Source: Negaprion brevirostris (Eukaryota). From it: a stretch of 64,000 nucleotides of DNA. Location: positions 82,539,012 through 82,603,011 of the forward strand of contig JARDVH010000193.1 of NCBI GenBank assembly GCA_030324005.1, in the 5' to 3' direction. Below, one piece after another: positions 37,451 through 50,600 of the stretch; the first letter of the stretch is position 1, and every line of letters starts with the position of its first letter. The notes beneath the pieces were generated by a model that was not told where the DNA came from, did no database searches, and worked only from the letters and a program-made list of their open reading frames with translations. Both the position numbers and the translations under genes were made by a program.

Positions 37451-38090
37451 TCAGAAACCCACAGGGAAAATCCCAAAGACAGATTCAGAAATCCACAGGA
37501 AAAATCTTGCCCCGAGTGTCTGAAAAAAAAACTTTCTTTTCCCAGCATCTCTCGCATTGGTGAGCACTGAACTCATTGAAAGGAAAGTGAAAAGAAATAG
37601 TTATTTTACTGAAATCTGCTCAATTGCATTTTATAACTTCGGAATAGCTCAACCAACTCAGTGACCTTGTAATATGATTAGGATGCAGGAACCTTGGTAA
37701 ACAGATCAGCACAGATTTTTTAATCGTCTTTCTGTTCCATTTCGCTAACCTTGCCAACGGGTATCATTACAAAAAGAAAATCAGGAAAAAATACTGGTTT
37801 ATATATGGGTGTAAAAATGGCTGCATAATTTCAGTAAATTGTGAAACTGAAAGGGGTAGGAACTGCATTTGAGCTCTATAGTCTACACAATCAGTTCCAA
37901 ATAAACAAATCGCTGATGCAGAACAAATCTAATACTCTTATGGATAGGATTTTCGTGGTCCCTTCCATTCTGTAATCAGGATATTTGTGTCTAAGGTGTG
38001 TGCATATTTCCTTCAACTCACAGTGATTTTCCAAGTTTAAAATAATTTCCAGCAGCAAACTTTCTGCTGATTTTATTAAGTAAAAATGTT

Positions 38091-38312
38091 GGGTGGATTT
38101 TCCAGCTATTCATGCTAGTGGGATATTCTAGTCCCACTGATAGCAATTCCCCATCCCCAGCAACGCAGGGTGTGAACAAGGAAACCCCGTTGACAGCAGT
38201 GGGACAAGAAGATCCCACCACTGGCCAATGGTGAGCCACCTCTGTCCCTGTGAAACATGCAGGGGTGTTGGGAGAGGGGGGGAGAGGGGTGTGAGGTTTA
38301 GAAAACCCCACC
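38091..38312. mobile_element. Harbinger-type MITE
   Basis: GGGTGGATTTTCC ... AGAAAACCCCACC termini. Confidence 0.6.
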
Positions 38313-38796
38313 TAGTATCTATTATCAGACACTTGCTGTGGATGTTTGAACACAAACTTTTGCTCAGTGTTATAGACACAGATACAAATAAAGTTAAAGC
38401 CATATTTATAAAAAATGGAATTTACAACAGTTTTGACATCAATGCAGGCCTGATGTTTTCCTTGTTAAGTTGATACTTCAGTTGGAATGAAGGCCACAAC
38501 TGCGAAGCCTCTTGTAGGTGAACAGCCAGAAGATTGGTTCTCAGATGGACTTGGAACCTGGAGCAATTACAGAACTTTGACTGCATCAGAAAGCTTTCAG
38601 CTATGATGGTTCTGCTATTTCAGATGTTTCCTGGTGCTTCAGATATTTCTCACACACATGTAGAGATTTGCTTTATTCAGGTTTTAATAAACTGCAGTCT
38701 CTGATAATTATTTTCAGTCACATGACTGCATAGTCAACACTTTTGCGGTCCAGACTGGCATGATCGATAACTGTTGGCACAATCATTCAGTTTTTC

Positions 38797-38919
38797 CAGA
38801 ATTTTACCGCCCCGCCCTCCATGGGAATCGGAGCAAGCGAGGAGTGGACAATGGGAAGGTCCATTGACCTCAGCGAGATTTTACAGTTCTGGAATGAGTG
38901 AGGCCATAAAATCCCACCC
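38797..38919. mobile_element. Family B MITE
   Basis: Internal GGACAATGGGAAGGTCCATTGACCTC, end TAAAATCCCACCC. Confidence 0.75.
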
Positions 38920-39367
38920 TATATCTCTGTCCCAACCTGAGCTCAAATAATTTCTTTTATCCAATGTGGCACCTGGAGGTCGACAGTCCAGAGATTTCGT
39001 ATTCCTCAAATACTGGTTGATTCTTACACAATGACATGTTTAAACATCACAGGTCACTGTGAAATGCCCTAATTTAGGTGCATGTTTGAATAAAAATTGA
39101 CCACAGTATCCAATACCCACCATAGTTTAAATGTCTGCAATCCATGTTAAATTGTAGCCATCTTAACTGAGTTAACTACTTTTTTCACAAAGTATAATCG
39201 CCTTAAAGTCCAAAAATATCCAATATCTTCATGCTTCCATTGAGCGTGGCAGTGCAAATAAACCAAACCCCTTCCTATTTGCTCCCAACAAATAGAATTT
39301 GTGTGAGTCAATCCAGTTACCTGTAGAGAGACCTAACAGACCAATAAATCTTCCATTATTCACAATT

Positions 39368-39487
39368 GCCGGAATTTTGCTGCCTCGCCCATCAGGGGGA
39401 TCAGAGCGGGCGTGTGGTGGACAATGGGAAGATCCATTGACCTCAGGCAGGACTGTATGGCTTCAGGGCGACCGTAAAATCCTGCCC
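39368..39487. mobile_element. Family B MITE
   Basis: GCCGGAATTTT ... TAAAATCCTGCCC with the same internal motif. Confidence 0.75.
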
Positions 39488-39879
39488 AAAGTCTAGATTT
39501 TAAATGCACCAAACCAGAATGCATCACACAGAGGATAGCTACATATTGAGCAACTTCACTCTGTTATAGCTTCCCGTTTGTTACTGAAAGCATGGTGAGG
39601 GGAATGTGAGCCGCTAAAATGTTTCAGCTATGGATTCTTCGATTCACTACTTAACCTGTGGAAAGGGGTCACTGAAATCTGGTTTTAACCAAACCCCAAT
39701 CAAAAATTCTCACCTTTATTCAATGGTAATTCACTAGGATAAGAATTCATAGAGAAGTTATTGATGGAGAACTGACATGGGAGGAGTATAATTTCTCATT
39801 TTCTCCTTCACAAAATTAAGTTCCAAAATCGATAATCATTAAACTGTGACAGTTGTGTTCAGGTAGTATCTAAACTCAT

Positions 39880-40570
39880 GACCATAATTTCATGCTCCCC
39901 CCCATCCACGCCCCTTCAAGTGTGTGAAAACTGCAAGGACCTGGCCTACCCTGACCTGGTTGTGATTTACAATGGGATGGGCAGGGCCTTTAAGACAACT
40001 TAATAGCCTCTTTCTCCCCGGCCTTAATTTTAAGGCTGGCAGGTAGATGATCTATTAGGGGATGAGGGGGTGGAGAGTTTGCTGAAATTAAATAAAGAGA
40101 AAGTTCAATCTTGGGTGGGAATGTGGGGAAAGCGCATCAATTAGAATCCCCCTTCTGACTGGGAATGCACCATGCTTAGGACCCAGGGACTTTGGTCCTC
40201 TCTCCCACCACAATCTAACCTCTGATGTCATGATTATGACACTTGCAACCCCTCGCAAGCCTTCCTTAATCATCTTCACCTCACCCCTTGACCCTTCTGC
40301 TACTTATCTTCCTCCAGCTTCCAGCACTTAGTTCAAGGAAATGAGCTGTCTTGCCTCTTCCAGGTACTATAGTGCTGTTCCTGGAATACTGGTTGATTGA
40401 TTGGCCATCAGCTCTCCAAGGTAGGACTTCTTCCTGGTGGTGGACAGCAATCCTGCCACCTGCCAATCAATACTTGTTGGAGTGTGAAATGGCATCAGGC
40501 CTGCTGGAGTGAGTGCGAATGCATTCTCCACTAACTCTTCAGATCCCCGGCCATGCTGAAAATCCAGGCC
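39880..40570. mobile_element. Old Harbinger-type non-autonomous element
   Basis: Ends GAAAATCCAGGCC; GC-rich subterminal sequence like the other Harbinger MITEs. Confidence 0.45.
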
Positions 40571-40593
40571 TATTGGTACAATGCATGCGCATA

Positions 40594-40940
40594 GGGGAAG
40601 TGATGGCCTTGTGGTATTATCACTAGACTATTAATACAGAAACTCAGCAAATGGTCTGGGAATCCGGGTTCAAATCCTGCCAGGGCTGATGGTGGAATTT
40701 GAATTCAATAGAAAAAATTTGGAATTAATAATCCACTGATCACCATGAAACAATTATCAATTGTTCACTAATGTCCACTAAGGAAGGAAATCTGCCATCC
40801 TTACCTGGCCTGACCATCATGTGACTCCAGAGCCACAGGAATGTGGTTGACTCTCAAGTGTCCCTCCAAGGGCAACTAGGAATGGGCAATAAATCTTGGC
40901 TAGCCAGCAACACCCATGTCTCACAAATGAATAAAATAAA
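40594..40940 (+). mobile_element. tRNA-derived SINE, second family
   Basis: Aligns along its length with 29878-30208. Confidence 0.8.
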
Positions 40941-42004
40941 ATCTCTGGATCAACTTTCACCAGGGAAAGAAATATAGGCTGTGTTTTTTTTTTAGAAACT
41001 AGATATTTTTTGGGCACTGCTGTGAGGACTCTATATGGGAACAAACAACATTCATTCATTAGTAGTTGATTATGGAGTAAGGATAGAAAGGCATTGACAT
41101 GTTACCAAACTGATAGTCCCCTGAAGATTAAATTCACCATCAAAAACTGGCACATGTTGCTTACCAATGCATTATTTACTAAAAGCAAGACCACAATTGT
41201 ACCCTAAGGTTTAATTTTTATTATATATTACAGTGGCAGATAAGTGATTAGAACCACAATAATAAAGGTAGGGCCTGAAAATCCATAGGCCTGAAAATCC
41301 ATGGGCCAGTGACAATGGCAATTATACTGAAACTGCACTTATTATTGAACCTGTACCACTTATCCCAAAATTCAAGGGCCCCTTCCCTCCCCTTCATATA
41401 TTTCATACATTCAGAGGGATCTGTGAACATACTGGGCTGTAATGAAGGTAAATCTGGCAAAATGATTTTTCCCATTGAGATTTCCCACTTTCTGATTTAT
41501 TTGTTGGAGAAGAAAGAGCAAGTAAAACATCAGGCAATCTTGGAAGTTAGATGTTATGTTTTATGTTTCAGAGATATGTTGAGATGACACACCAAGTTCT
41601 ATGTGTAACAGGGGTTTTATTCAATACTTGAAAATGTCTGCTCCCTCCTGTTTACAAAAGTTTGCTTCAGTTTAATTTCTTTTTTCTCNNNNNNNNNNNN
41701 NNNNNNNNNNNNNNNNNNNNNNNNNNNNNNNNNNNNNNNNNNNNNNNNNNNNNNNNNNNATGCTGAACAAGTGAACTCTACACTAGGCTTAGGAGGCAGC
41801 ACTATAGGATGTCTCAAGACTTATGAAGACATTTAGTTACCGTGATATGTGGCATCAGAATTACATTTCTCAAAGAGCTCTGAGTTTTGTAGATTGTGTT
41901 CAGAGGTTCCTGGGATTGCCGCTCTCCCCAGAGTGGCATATTATTCTCAATTAAAGAGAATCCAAGTTTAATCTTTGGCCACCAATACTGGATCAATTAT
42001 TTAT

Positions 42005-42341
42005 CACAGAAACCCCACAGTACAGAGAGAGGCTATTTAGCCCATCGAGTCTGCACCGACCACAATCCCACCCAGGCCCTACGCCCATATCCTTACTTCT
42101 TTACCCACTAATCCCCCTAACCGGCACATCTTAGGACACTAAGGGCAATTTTTAGCACAGCCAATCAACCTAACCTGCACATCTTTGGACTGTGGGGGGA
42201 AACCGGAGCACCGGAGGAAACCCACGCAGACACAAGGAGAATGTGCAAACTCTACACAGACAGTGACCCAAACCAGGAATCAAACCCAGGTCCCTGGAGC
42301 TGTGAAGCAGGAGTGCCAACTACTGTGCTAGCGTGCCACCC
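42005..42341 (-). mobile_element. HE1-like SINE, tail type B
   Basis: Full head, body and CR1-type tail on the minus strand. Confidence 0.9.
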
Positions 42342-43050
42342 TATTGGAGTGGTATCTGGGGCAATCCCTCCCATGACCTTATCCTGACAACACTGGCTGG
42401 TTGAGTCACTGGGATCCTCACNNNNNNNNNNNNNNNNNNNNNNNNNNNNNNNNNNNNNNNNNNNNNNNNNNNNNNNNNNNNNNNNNNNNNNNNNNNNNNN
42501 NNNNNNNNNNNNNNNNNNNNNNNNNNNNNNNNNNNNNNNNNNNNNNNNNNNNNNNNNNNNNNNNNNNNNNNNNNNNNNNNNNNNNNNNNNNNNNNNNNNN
42601 NNNNNNNNNNNNNNNNNNNNNNNNNNNNNNNNNNNNNNNNNNNNNNNNNNNNNNNNNNNNNNNNNNNNNNNNNNNNNNNNNNNNNNNNNNNNNNNNNNNN
42701 NNNNNNNNNNNNNNNNNNNNNNNNNNNNNNNNNNNNNNNNNNNNNNNNNNNNNNNNNNNNNNNNNNNNNNNNNNNNNNNNNNNNNNNNNNNNNNNNNNNN
42801 NNNNNNNNNNNNNNNNNNNNNNNNNNNNNNNNNNNNNNNNNNNNNNNNNNNNNNNNNNNNNNNNNNNNNNNNNNNNNNNNNNNNNNNNNNNNNNNNNNNN
42901 NNNNNNNNNNNNNNNNNNNNNNNNNNNNNNNNNNNNNNNNNNNNNNNNNNNNNNNNNNNNNNNNNNNNNNNNNNNNNNNNNNNNNNNNNNNNNNNNNNNN
43001 NNNNNNNNNNNNNNNNNNNNNNNNNNNNNNNNNNNNNNNNNNNNNNNNNN

Positions 43051-43229
43051 TGCATGCGCAATTGGAGCTGTAGGATTTTAGGCATGTTAAGCAGCGCAAT
43101 TCAGCTTGCTGATATTTTTTCAGGCAGAATGTGTACGGGGGTGCCTGAGGATGGATCAAAAAGTCAGATCTGAAACATTCCCAGTTTCAAGTTCATCCAG
43201 CACTTAGAAATAAAATGGCATAAAGGGCC
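43051..43229. mobile_element. Family A element, right end
   Basis: Matches 10270-10480; ends ATGGCATAAAGGGCC. Confidence 0.7.
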
Positions 43230-43540
43230 AGTAGAGATGTAGAAGTTTGTAGCATGGAAACTGACCCTTTGGCCCAAATTGTCAATGTTGCCCTTTTTTA
43301 CCACTAAGCTAGTCACAATTGCCCATATTTGGCCCATATCCCTCTATACTCATCTTACCCATGTAACTGTCTAAATGCTTTTTAAAAAATAAAATTGTAC
43401 CCTCCTCTACTACTACCTCTGGTAGCTTGTTCCAGACACTCACCACCCTCTGTGTGAAAAAATTGCTCATCTGGACCCTTTTGCATCTCTCCTGTCTCAC
43501 CTTAAACTTATGCCCTCTTCTTCTAGACTCCCCTATCTTT
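43230..43540 (-). mobile_element. CR1 LINE 3' end
   Basis: NFFTQRVVSVWNKLPEVVVEEGTILFFKKHLDSYM. Confidence 0.92.
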
Positions 43541-44303
43541 GGCAGTCTACGTCCTTCTCAGGTATTGTGCATAATTATTTTTTGTTTCTCAAAAGAATAT
43601 TTATTATTGTTAGTCAAACACTGCTGTATTTACCAACATTGTGGAATTCCTAAAAGGACACGAATGCTTCAATAGGCATACACGCACTCAAGATTTTATG
43701 CCTGTTCAAGAGAAACCCTCCAGTGAAGGTGATATGATAATTCATTTAGTGCATAGGCTAACACTTTGACATTTGTGGATCTGATTGTAAGCTGAATATA
43801 GACCTTATAAAATGAACAAAATAAATAGGAATGTTAACTTGCAGTCTTACCTTTGGTGCTGTGGAGTTATTAAATCTTGCCCCATATTTGAGAAGTCGTT
43901 TGGGGTTGTGAAGTTGTCACTCGCTGCCTATTCCACTTTCTGTTACATGGTTCTAGCTGATGATTGTTGCTTTCCATTCCCGCAATTGCCTCCCCGTAGC
44001 TAATTTCATTAAGAAGAATTTTTTCTTCCGCACTTGTTGTGGAGAGTGTTGTTCATTTCTGTTGAGGACATGTCTTCGACCTCTGACATGCTTCTGCTTT
44101 TCCAACTTCAACGTTTAATGCTTCAGCAAAGAGGATCTTCTGGATCTCTCAGATGCAGCCTACCAATTGTTGGCTTTGTGTTGATGCCACGATCTTGTGT
44201 GATCAGTGCCATGGCTAATGCACAGGTCGAGGCCTTGCCTCAGAACACTTCTGGTACCAATGGCAATGTTTGGCATTTCAGTAACAATATAAGCACATTT
44301 GCA

Positions 44304-44469
44304 AGGCTGGAATTTACTGCCCCACCCGCCAGAGAAATTAGAGTGGGCAAGGGCGGGCAATGGAAAGATCAGTTGACCTCGGGCGGGATTTTACGAAGAA
44401 CAAAATCAGCCCGGGAAACAGGCCCTTCAGCCCAACGATTTCGGGATGAGCAAGGCCACAAAATCCTGC
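44304..44469. mobile_element. Family B MITE
   Basis: Internal TTGACCTCGGGCGGGATTTTACG, end AAAATCCTGC. Confidence 0.7.
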
Positions 44470-45019
44470 ATTTGATCTGTGAATGCCAGTTAGGAGGAGC
44501 TTTATTCTATGACTAACCCACCTCTCTCTTGAGAGTACAATTCAGAAAACTTTGCTCTGTACCAAACATAAACTATGCTCGTTTTAAAACAAATCATAAA
44601 TGTGGAAAACCAGTAAACATTTCAAATTTGCAGCAGGTCTTTCGATAGCTATTAAAAATATAGGACATACTTCAAATCTAACCTTTCATCATAAGCATGG
44701 TGCGTGAATGTGTGGAAACACATCATTCGAGAACAAACTGTGCAGTGCAACAAACAGGCTGCTCACATTCAACATTTCCCTTAGGATATGCACTTTATTA
44801 ACCATGCAGCAATCCAGAGTATATCATACAATGCAACATATAGAGTGAATGAACAGGCTGCACAAAGTAAAGAAAAATCAGAGGGTGCATTGCTCACACA
44901 TTAACCTCTACATTTACTTACAAATAGTGATGGGCATATTATGTATTTCATTTCGTATTTGACTTCTATAGAAAGGCAAGTGGTGCTTAATTCTGAAGCT
45001 GGCAGCAAAATCTCTCCAC

Positions 45020-45163
45020 ACCAAAACAGGTTAGGTGCATTGTTCATGCTAAATTCTCCCTCAGTGTACCCAAATAGGCACTAGAGTGTGGAGACTAGAG
45101 GATTTTCACAATAACTTCATTGCAGTATTAATGTAAGCCTTACTTGTGACAAATAAATAAATT
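45020..45163 (+). mobile_element. 5'-truncated SINE, tail type A
   Basis: Matches 48045-48180. Confidence 0.8.
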
Positions 45164-45434
45164 TTTCCGTCATGGCCAAGATAAACATGGCAGAATCTTC
45201 TTCCCTCTCTAGTGGAGTATTTGGAAGTAGTGAAGACATTTAATTGGGTGGCAGGTCAATATCGCACCACATCCCACTTCTGCCAAAATTAAGTCCACAA
45301 TGTGAAGGCCTGTGGTCAGCCTTTCTGCTCCACTGTCAATTGAGGCCCTTGAATGGACAATTTATGACCGTTGAAAGGCCTTATTCTATTGCTGCTAGTA
45401 CTAACCCAGCGGCAGGTTTGCCTGTTGCCACATA

Positions 45435-45740
45435 TATGATTTGCTATGTTATTGTCACATGTATTAGTATACAGCGTAAAGTATTGTTTCTTGCGTGTAT
45501 TACAGACAAAGCATATCGTACATAGAGGAGGAAAAGAGAGTGCAGAACGTAATGTTGCCTTTATAGCTGAGGTGCAGAGAACATCAATTTAATTTGAAAT
45601 AGGTCCATTCAAAAGTCTGACAGCAGCAGGAAAAAGGCTATTCTTGTGTTGGTTGGTATGTGATCTCAGACTTTCATATCTTTTTCTTGATGGAAGAAGA
45701 TGGAAAAGAGAATGTCCGGGGTGTGTGGGATCCTTGATTA
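45435..45740 (-). mobile_element. Rex/Babar-like LINE 3' end
   Basis: LIKDPTHPGHSLFHLLPSRKRYESLRSHTNQHKNSLFPAAVRLLN = Rex1-type ORF C-terminus, followed by its tail. Confidence 0.85.
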
Positions 45741-47093
45741 GGGAGTTTAACAAAGAAACATATGTGGGANNNNNNNNNNNNNNNNNNNNNNNNNNNNNNN
45801 NNNNNNNNNNNNNNNNNNNCTGGGGGAGTTTCATAGTAGCTTCATTGCAGTGTTAATGTAAGCCTTACTTGTGACTAATAAATAAACTTTACTTTCAATT
45901 CCACCCAAAGAATTAGCCATAATGCTATCAGAGTCTGTAGGCATGGAAAATATTGTTACAGCTGTGATGGACCTTATATTGGCTAATATCGATTGTTGTC
46001 ATATTAATGGCAACTTGCATTATTTCATCAACATTTTTGTAGCACAAACTTGATGTGTTTTTAAATTAAAGTCAGTGGGTTGCAGGATGAATGGCTAAAA
46101 GATTGAAGACTAACTTTGTATGGGTGTAATCTAACCCTGATCCAGATATAACCTTGATGCAGGGTTGATTTGTTTTGGCAGAATAGCTATATGCTATACA
46201 AGAGCTGGAACTAACAAATCCAAGATTGTCACAGACAAGGGCCTGCCAATGTGAAGCAAGGATTATCTGAGGAATGCTTCAATTCAGCTTGGGCAAATTA
46301 AAATCTGTTTTGGCAATCAGCTTGTTGCTACATACTTAAAAGAAAACATTTGTGAATGATGCAAAAATGAACCTTGGGTTGAAACTATTACATCAAAAGT
46401 TAGATCCCTCCCCAGGGGTTTGAGATGGAATCTTCCTTAAAAACCAGTGAAGGAAGATTTTAATATGGTACAATGACAAAACTCTCACATGAGTCATGGG
46501 TTGAAACCAACCCTCAAGGGAAGGGCGCACAGTCTAGGCTGAAATCTCACTCGGTGCATTACTGAGAGGATGGTTCTCATCCTTGATCTAAAGTCCAGAC
46601 CTAACTTTGTAACGTTTGCAATTGTGTTGAATGAGTTGAGAGGTAGCAGTATCCACAAAGGTACACGTGGGTTCAGTGGCTGGAGTCCAAATCAGGCAAA
46701 TTGCATTGTCCCCAAAGAGGTTATTTCTTTCTTTTAAAATCAGCAGATCAAGATGCTGAGGAGAACGTTTTTGGGGTTGAGGCCAGGAAAAGCAGATCCC
46801 CGCTTCTCCCGTTACTGCTGCTGCCCACCAGCTAATGGTAATGAGGTGCATTTGTACAAATTTCAGTGAGACCAGCACTGAAAAATGCTATTGGGTATGA
46901 TTCCAATGTCAATGATTGGATCACAACCCATTGATTCTTGCAGCTATTAAATGATTAATTACCTTAATGCTGTCTGTGGGCCAATGCCTTGCACACATTG
47001 TTGCCAGATTTGTCTATGAAGGGCAATGGCTATACTTCAAAAGCATATTTCAAAACAGTGAAACTGGGATGATCAAAGGGGATGAAAAGCATT

Positions 47094-47877
47094 GGGCCTG
47101 ATTTTACCATCGCATTACACCCGTTTTCAAATTACAAAAACTTGGTAAATTTAGGTGGGAGGCGAGTAGCGTGATCCACAACTGCCTCCACGTCTGCCTC
47201 CACGTCTGTTTCTTCTTTACCAAGGCCTNNNNNNNNNNNNNNNNNNNNNNNNNNNNNNNNNNNNNNNNNNNNNNNNNNNNNNNNNNNNNNNNNNNNNNNN
47301 NNNNNNNNNNNNNNNNNNNAACTTTACTGGCATTTCTTCCTTTACCCGCCCATCCAGAATTGGTACAAAACAGCCATGCTCCATAAAAGTCCGATTTGGG
47401 TCCTCCAGTTAGTGAGGAGGTAGGTGCTGAGCATCCGATGGCACTCTGCTTGGGGGGGCAAGGTGGATCCACTGCTACTCTGCCCGAGATCAGTGGTGGG
47501 GGGGGCAGTGTGGAAGGGGGGAGAGGCTCGCAATTGGTTTGGGTAGCAGAGGGTGGGGGAATAAGGGGGTCAGTAATGTTGTGAAGTTGAGGCAACGTCT
47601 GTGAGGACCTGGGGGAGGCATTATCCAGCATAGGAGGGATGTGGCGAGGGAGCAGTATTCTATTGTTTTATTTCTGTGCATGCACAGCTGGAGGCACCAA
47701 TCGGAGCTGCAGGGTTTCAGATATGTTAAACCCTGCCTGCAGGCGTCTGCAGCGAGGTTTGGAATTGCTGATATTTTTGCAGGCAGAGTGCATAGGGGGG
47801 ACCCTGAGAACGCCAGATCTGAAACACTCCCAGTTTCATGTCCACCCGGCACTTAGAATCAGACCGGTAAACCAGGG
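47094..47877. mobile_element. Family A element, near full length
   Basis: GGGCCTGATTTTACCAT ... CCGGTAAACCAGGG. Confidence 0.8.
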
Positions 47878-48180
47878 AGACGGCACGGTGGCACAGTGGT
47901 TAGCACTGCTGCTTCACAGCGCCAGGGACCTGGGTTCAATTCTCGGCTTGGGTCACTGTCGGTGCAGTGCCTGCACCTTCTCCCCATGTCTACAGTGGTT
48001 TCCACCAGGTGCTGTGGTTTCTTCCCACAGTCCTAAAGACATGCTGGTTAGGTGCATTGGCCGTGCTAAATTCTGCCTCAGTGTACCCAAACAGGCAGCG
48101 GAGTATGGCAACTGGAGGATTTTCACAGTAACTTCATTGCAGTGTTAATGTAAGCCTACTTGTGACACTAATAAATAAAT
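47878..48180 (+). mobile_element. HE1/V-SINE-like SINE, tail type A
   Basis: CGGCACGGTGGCACAGTGGTTAGCACTGCTGC...AATAAATAAAT. Confidence 0.92.
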
Positions 48181-48199
48181 TAATTAAATTAAAATATTC

Positions 48200-48600
48200 T
48201 GATCCATGACTTAACTAAGGTACTCAACTTTGTTTGCTTTTAGATATCCTACGACACCTTACTAACAAACCTAACAATTTCAGTCTTAAAAATTCTAATT
48301 GATTTTACAATTATGGCTTTTCAGGGAGTGAGTACCAGATTTTCACTACAATTTGCATGAAAAGTGTTTCCTCATGTCATTCCTAAATGGCCCAACTCTA
48401 ATTTAAGGTAATGGCAGCCAATTCTGGATTTCCCCACCAGAGAAAACAGTTCCTCTGTATCTACTTATCTACTTTAGTCAATCCTTTGATCATTTGAAAT
48501 GCCCCAGTTAGATCTCCCCTCCCCAACCTTCTAACCTCCAAAGAACACAAACCTGTTTTCATACTTTGATACTTTCAGCTGACCATTCTTGGTAACATTA
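48200..48600 (-). mobile_element. Old CR1 3' fragment
   Basis: Decayed reverse-complement CR1 3' region (TTCTGGATTTCCCCACCAGAGAAAACAG). Confidence 0.6.
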
Positions 48601-48832
48601 CCCAAGGCTCACAATCACCTTGCTGTTAGGCTATTGTGGGTTCAAGTCCCACCCCAGGTCTCGAGCCCAGACATTAGGCTAACAACTAACTTGTGGGGCC
48701 GAAGGGCCTGTTTTTGTGGGGCTGAAGGGCCTGTTTCCTATGCTGTGTTGTTCTTTGTTCTAATACAGTACTGACAGAATACTACACTGTCTGAGGTTCT
48801 TTATTTTCAATGAAATCTTAAACTGTGGCTTT

Positions 48833-49502
48833 GGGCAGAATTTTCCTTCCCACCCACCGTGGGAAGCATAACGGGTGGGACACAGACTATACAAAGATCC
48901 ATTGACCTCGGGCGGGATTTTCCAGTCTTCGGGTGAGCATGGCCTTCAGGTAAGGGCAGCATGGTAGCACAGTGGTTAACACTGCTGCTTCACAGCTCCA
49001 GGGACCCGGGTTCGATTCCTGGCTTGGGTCACCGTCTGTGTGGAGTTTGCACATTCTCCTCGTGCCTGCGTGGGTTTCCTCCGAGTGNNNNNNNNNNNNN
49101 NNNNNNNNNNNNNNNNNNNNNNNNNNNNNNNNNNNNNNNNNNNNNNNNNNNNNNNNNNNNNNNNNNNNNNNNNNNNNNNNNNNNNNNCAGGTTCAAGTCT
49201 GGCTTTGGGTCACCGTCTGTGTGGAGTTTGCACATTCTCCTCGTGCCTGCGTGGGTTTCCTCCGAGTGCTCCAGTTTTCTCCCACAGTCCAAAGATGTGC
49301 AGGTTATATTGACTGACCATGCTAAAATTGCCCCTTAGTGTCCTGAGATGCATAAATTAGCGGGATTAGCGGGTAAATATGTAAGGATATGGGGGTAGGA
49401 CCTAGGTGGGAATGTCGTCGGTGCAGACTCGATGAGCCAAATGGCCTCCTTCTTCACTCTAAGGTTTCTATGATTCTATGATATAGCTAGAAAATCCCAT
49501 CC
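48833..49502. mobile_element. Family B MITE containing an HE1-like SINE (48954-49481, + strand, tail B)
   Basis: GGGCAGAATTTTCC ... AAAATCCCATCC surrounding a full SINE. Confidence 0.8.
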
Positions 49503-49535
49503 TCTGTTTGCCCTCTTAGGTGGATGTAAAAAATC

Positions 49536-49651
49536 GGCCGGAATTCTTCCATCCTACCCCCACTGGAATTTTAGTGGGCTATGTGAAATCCCACAGACAG
49601 TCAGGTGGGAATTTCTGGCTTTTAGACCAGCACAGCCGGAGAATTCCACCC
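49536..49651. mobile_element. Family B-like MITE
   Basis: GGCCGGAATTCT ... AGAATTCCACCC. Confidence 0.7.
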
Positions 49652-50319
49652 CATGTCTCTATTTTGAAGAAGATCAAAGGTCCCTGGGGTCCTGGTCAAT
49701 ATTCATCCCTCACCAACATCACAAAAAATAGGTTAACTGGCCATTATCACACTGCTTTTTTTGGGATCTTATTGTGTGCAAATTGGCTGTCATATGTCCG
49801 ACATAACAATCGTGCAGTGGTTCCCAGCCTTTCATTAACACAGCACACTTCAATGAGATAAACAATTCCATGGCACACTTACTTTTTTTCAGCTGAATTG
49901 ATTGCTGCTCATAAATGTCTTTTTTAGCTACATTTGCTATGGTTACGGATTTACTAGAATGGTTTATAACATAGTGCATACAACAAGCTAAATAAGGATC
50001 AAATGCATTAATGTTTCAAATCCAATACAAAATACACCCGTCTTTGACAGAGAGCACAGACACATTTTCAAAACCGTCTCAACTCAACTATTTCCAACTA
50101 TTCATAGTACTAATTCTGCCACACATGGTACTCAGTTCAGGCATCAGAATTTCACCATTTTACATTATGAATTTCATGTGTGTAATAATATTTTAGATTT
50201 ATAATTTTTACTAAATAACTGAACCGATAAAAAATTAAAATTCAATGGAACAGAGCAAAATGCCAGATAGCTCTCATTATACTGACTCTGAATATTTCTT
50301 GTTTTTTTCTCTTGGGGTT

Positions 50320-50600
50320 CAGATGTGTCATTAATGACAGAATTAGCAGTGGAATAAAACTTATTTATTTCTTCTTAGATCAGAGGACATAAAATAGATG
50401 CGGCAAAGAAATGTGGATATGGTCAATTTTGCTGTGTCTGCTAGCTTGTTTTGTCTTATTTTGTCTGTCAATAAAAATGTGCGTATTGAATGATTTCAAT
50501 GGTGACTTGTAAAAACTGTCACGTCATCTCAATTTCACCATTGGCCATTTGTGTTTAGAATGTTCATGCTTTAGAATTGAAAGGCCGATGCCTCACTTTT
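50320..50600. promoter_or_regulatory. Candidate conserved non-coding element (enhancer-like)
   Basis: No recognisable repeat, AT-rich, perfect palindrome TGTCATTAATGACA (50326-50339), further TGTCA and TAAT-type sites; conservation not verified. Confidence 0.4.

Larger units (their letters stand above)
48625..49815 (+). mobile_element. DeuSINE (SacSINE1/AmnSINE1-like) broken by nested insertions
   Basis: GTGGGTTCAAGTCCCAC; CAGTACTGA..TACACTGTCTGAGGT; CCCTCTTAGGTGGATGTAAAA; GTCCTGGTCAATATTCATCCCTCA; GTGTGCAAATTGGCTG: Deu-domain blocks in order. Confidence 0.8.

Noticed and set aside
41271-41307. Tandem GGCCTGAAAATCCAT x2
   Set aside because: Short local duplication resembling a Harbinger TIR remnant; nothing further supports a function
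47878-47950. tRNA-like box A/B sequences here and in the other SINE heads
   Set aside because: They are followed by SINE body and tail; no complete cloverleaf gene
49020-49267. ~65-bp duplication of the SINE body across a gap (similar case at 63103-63220)
   Set aside because: Identical sequence flanking a 100-N gap suggests a scaffolding artefact
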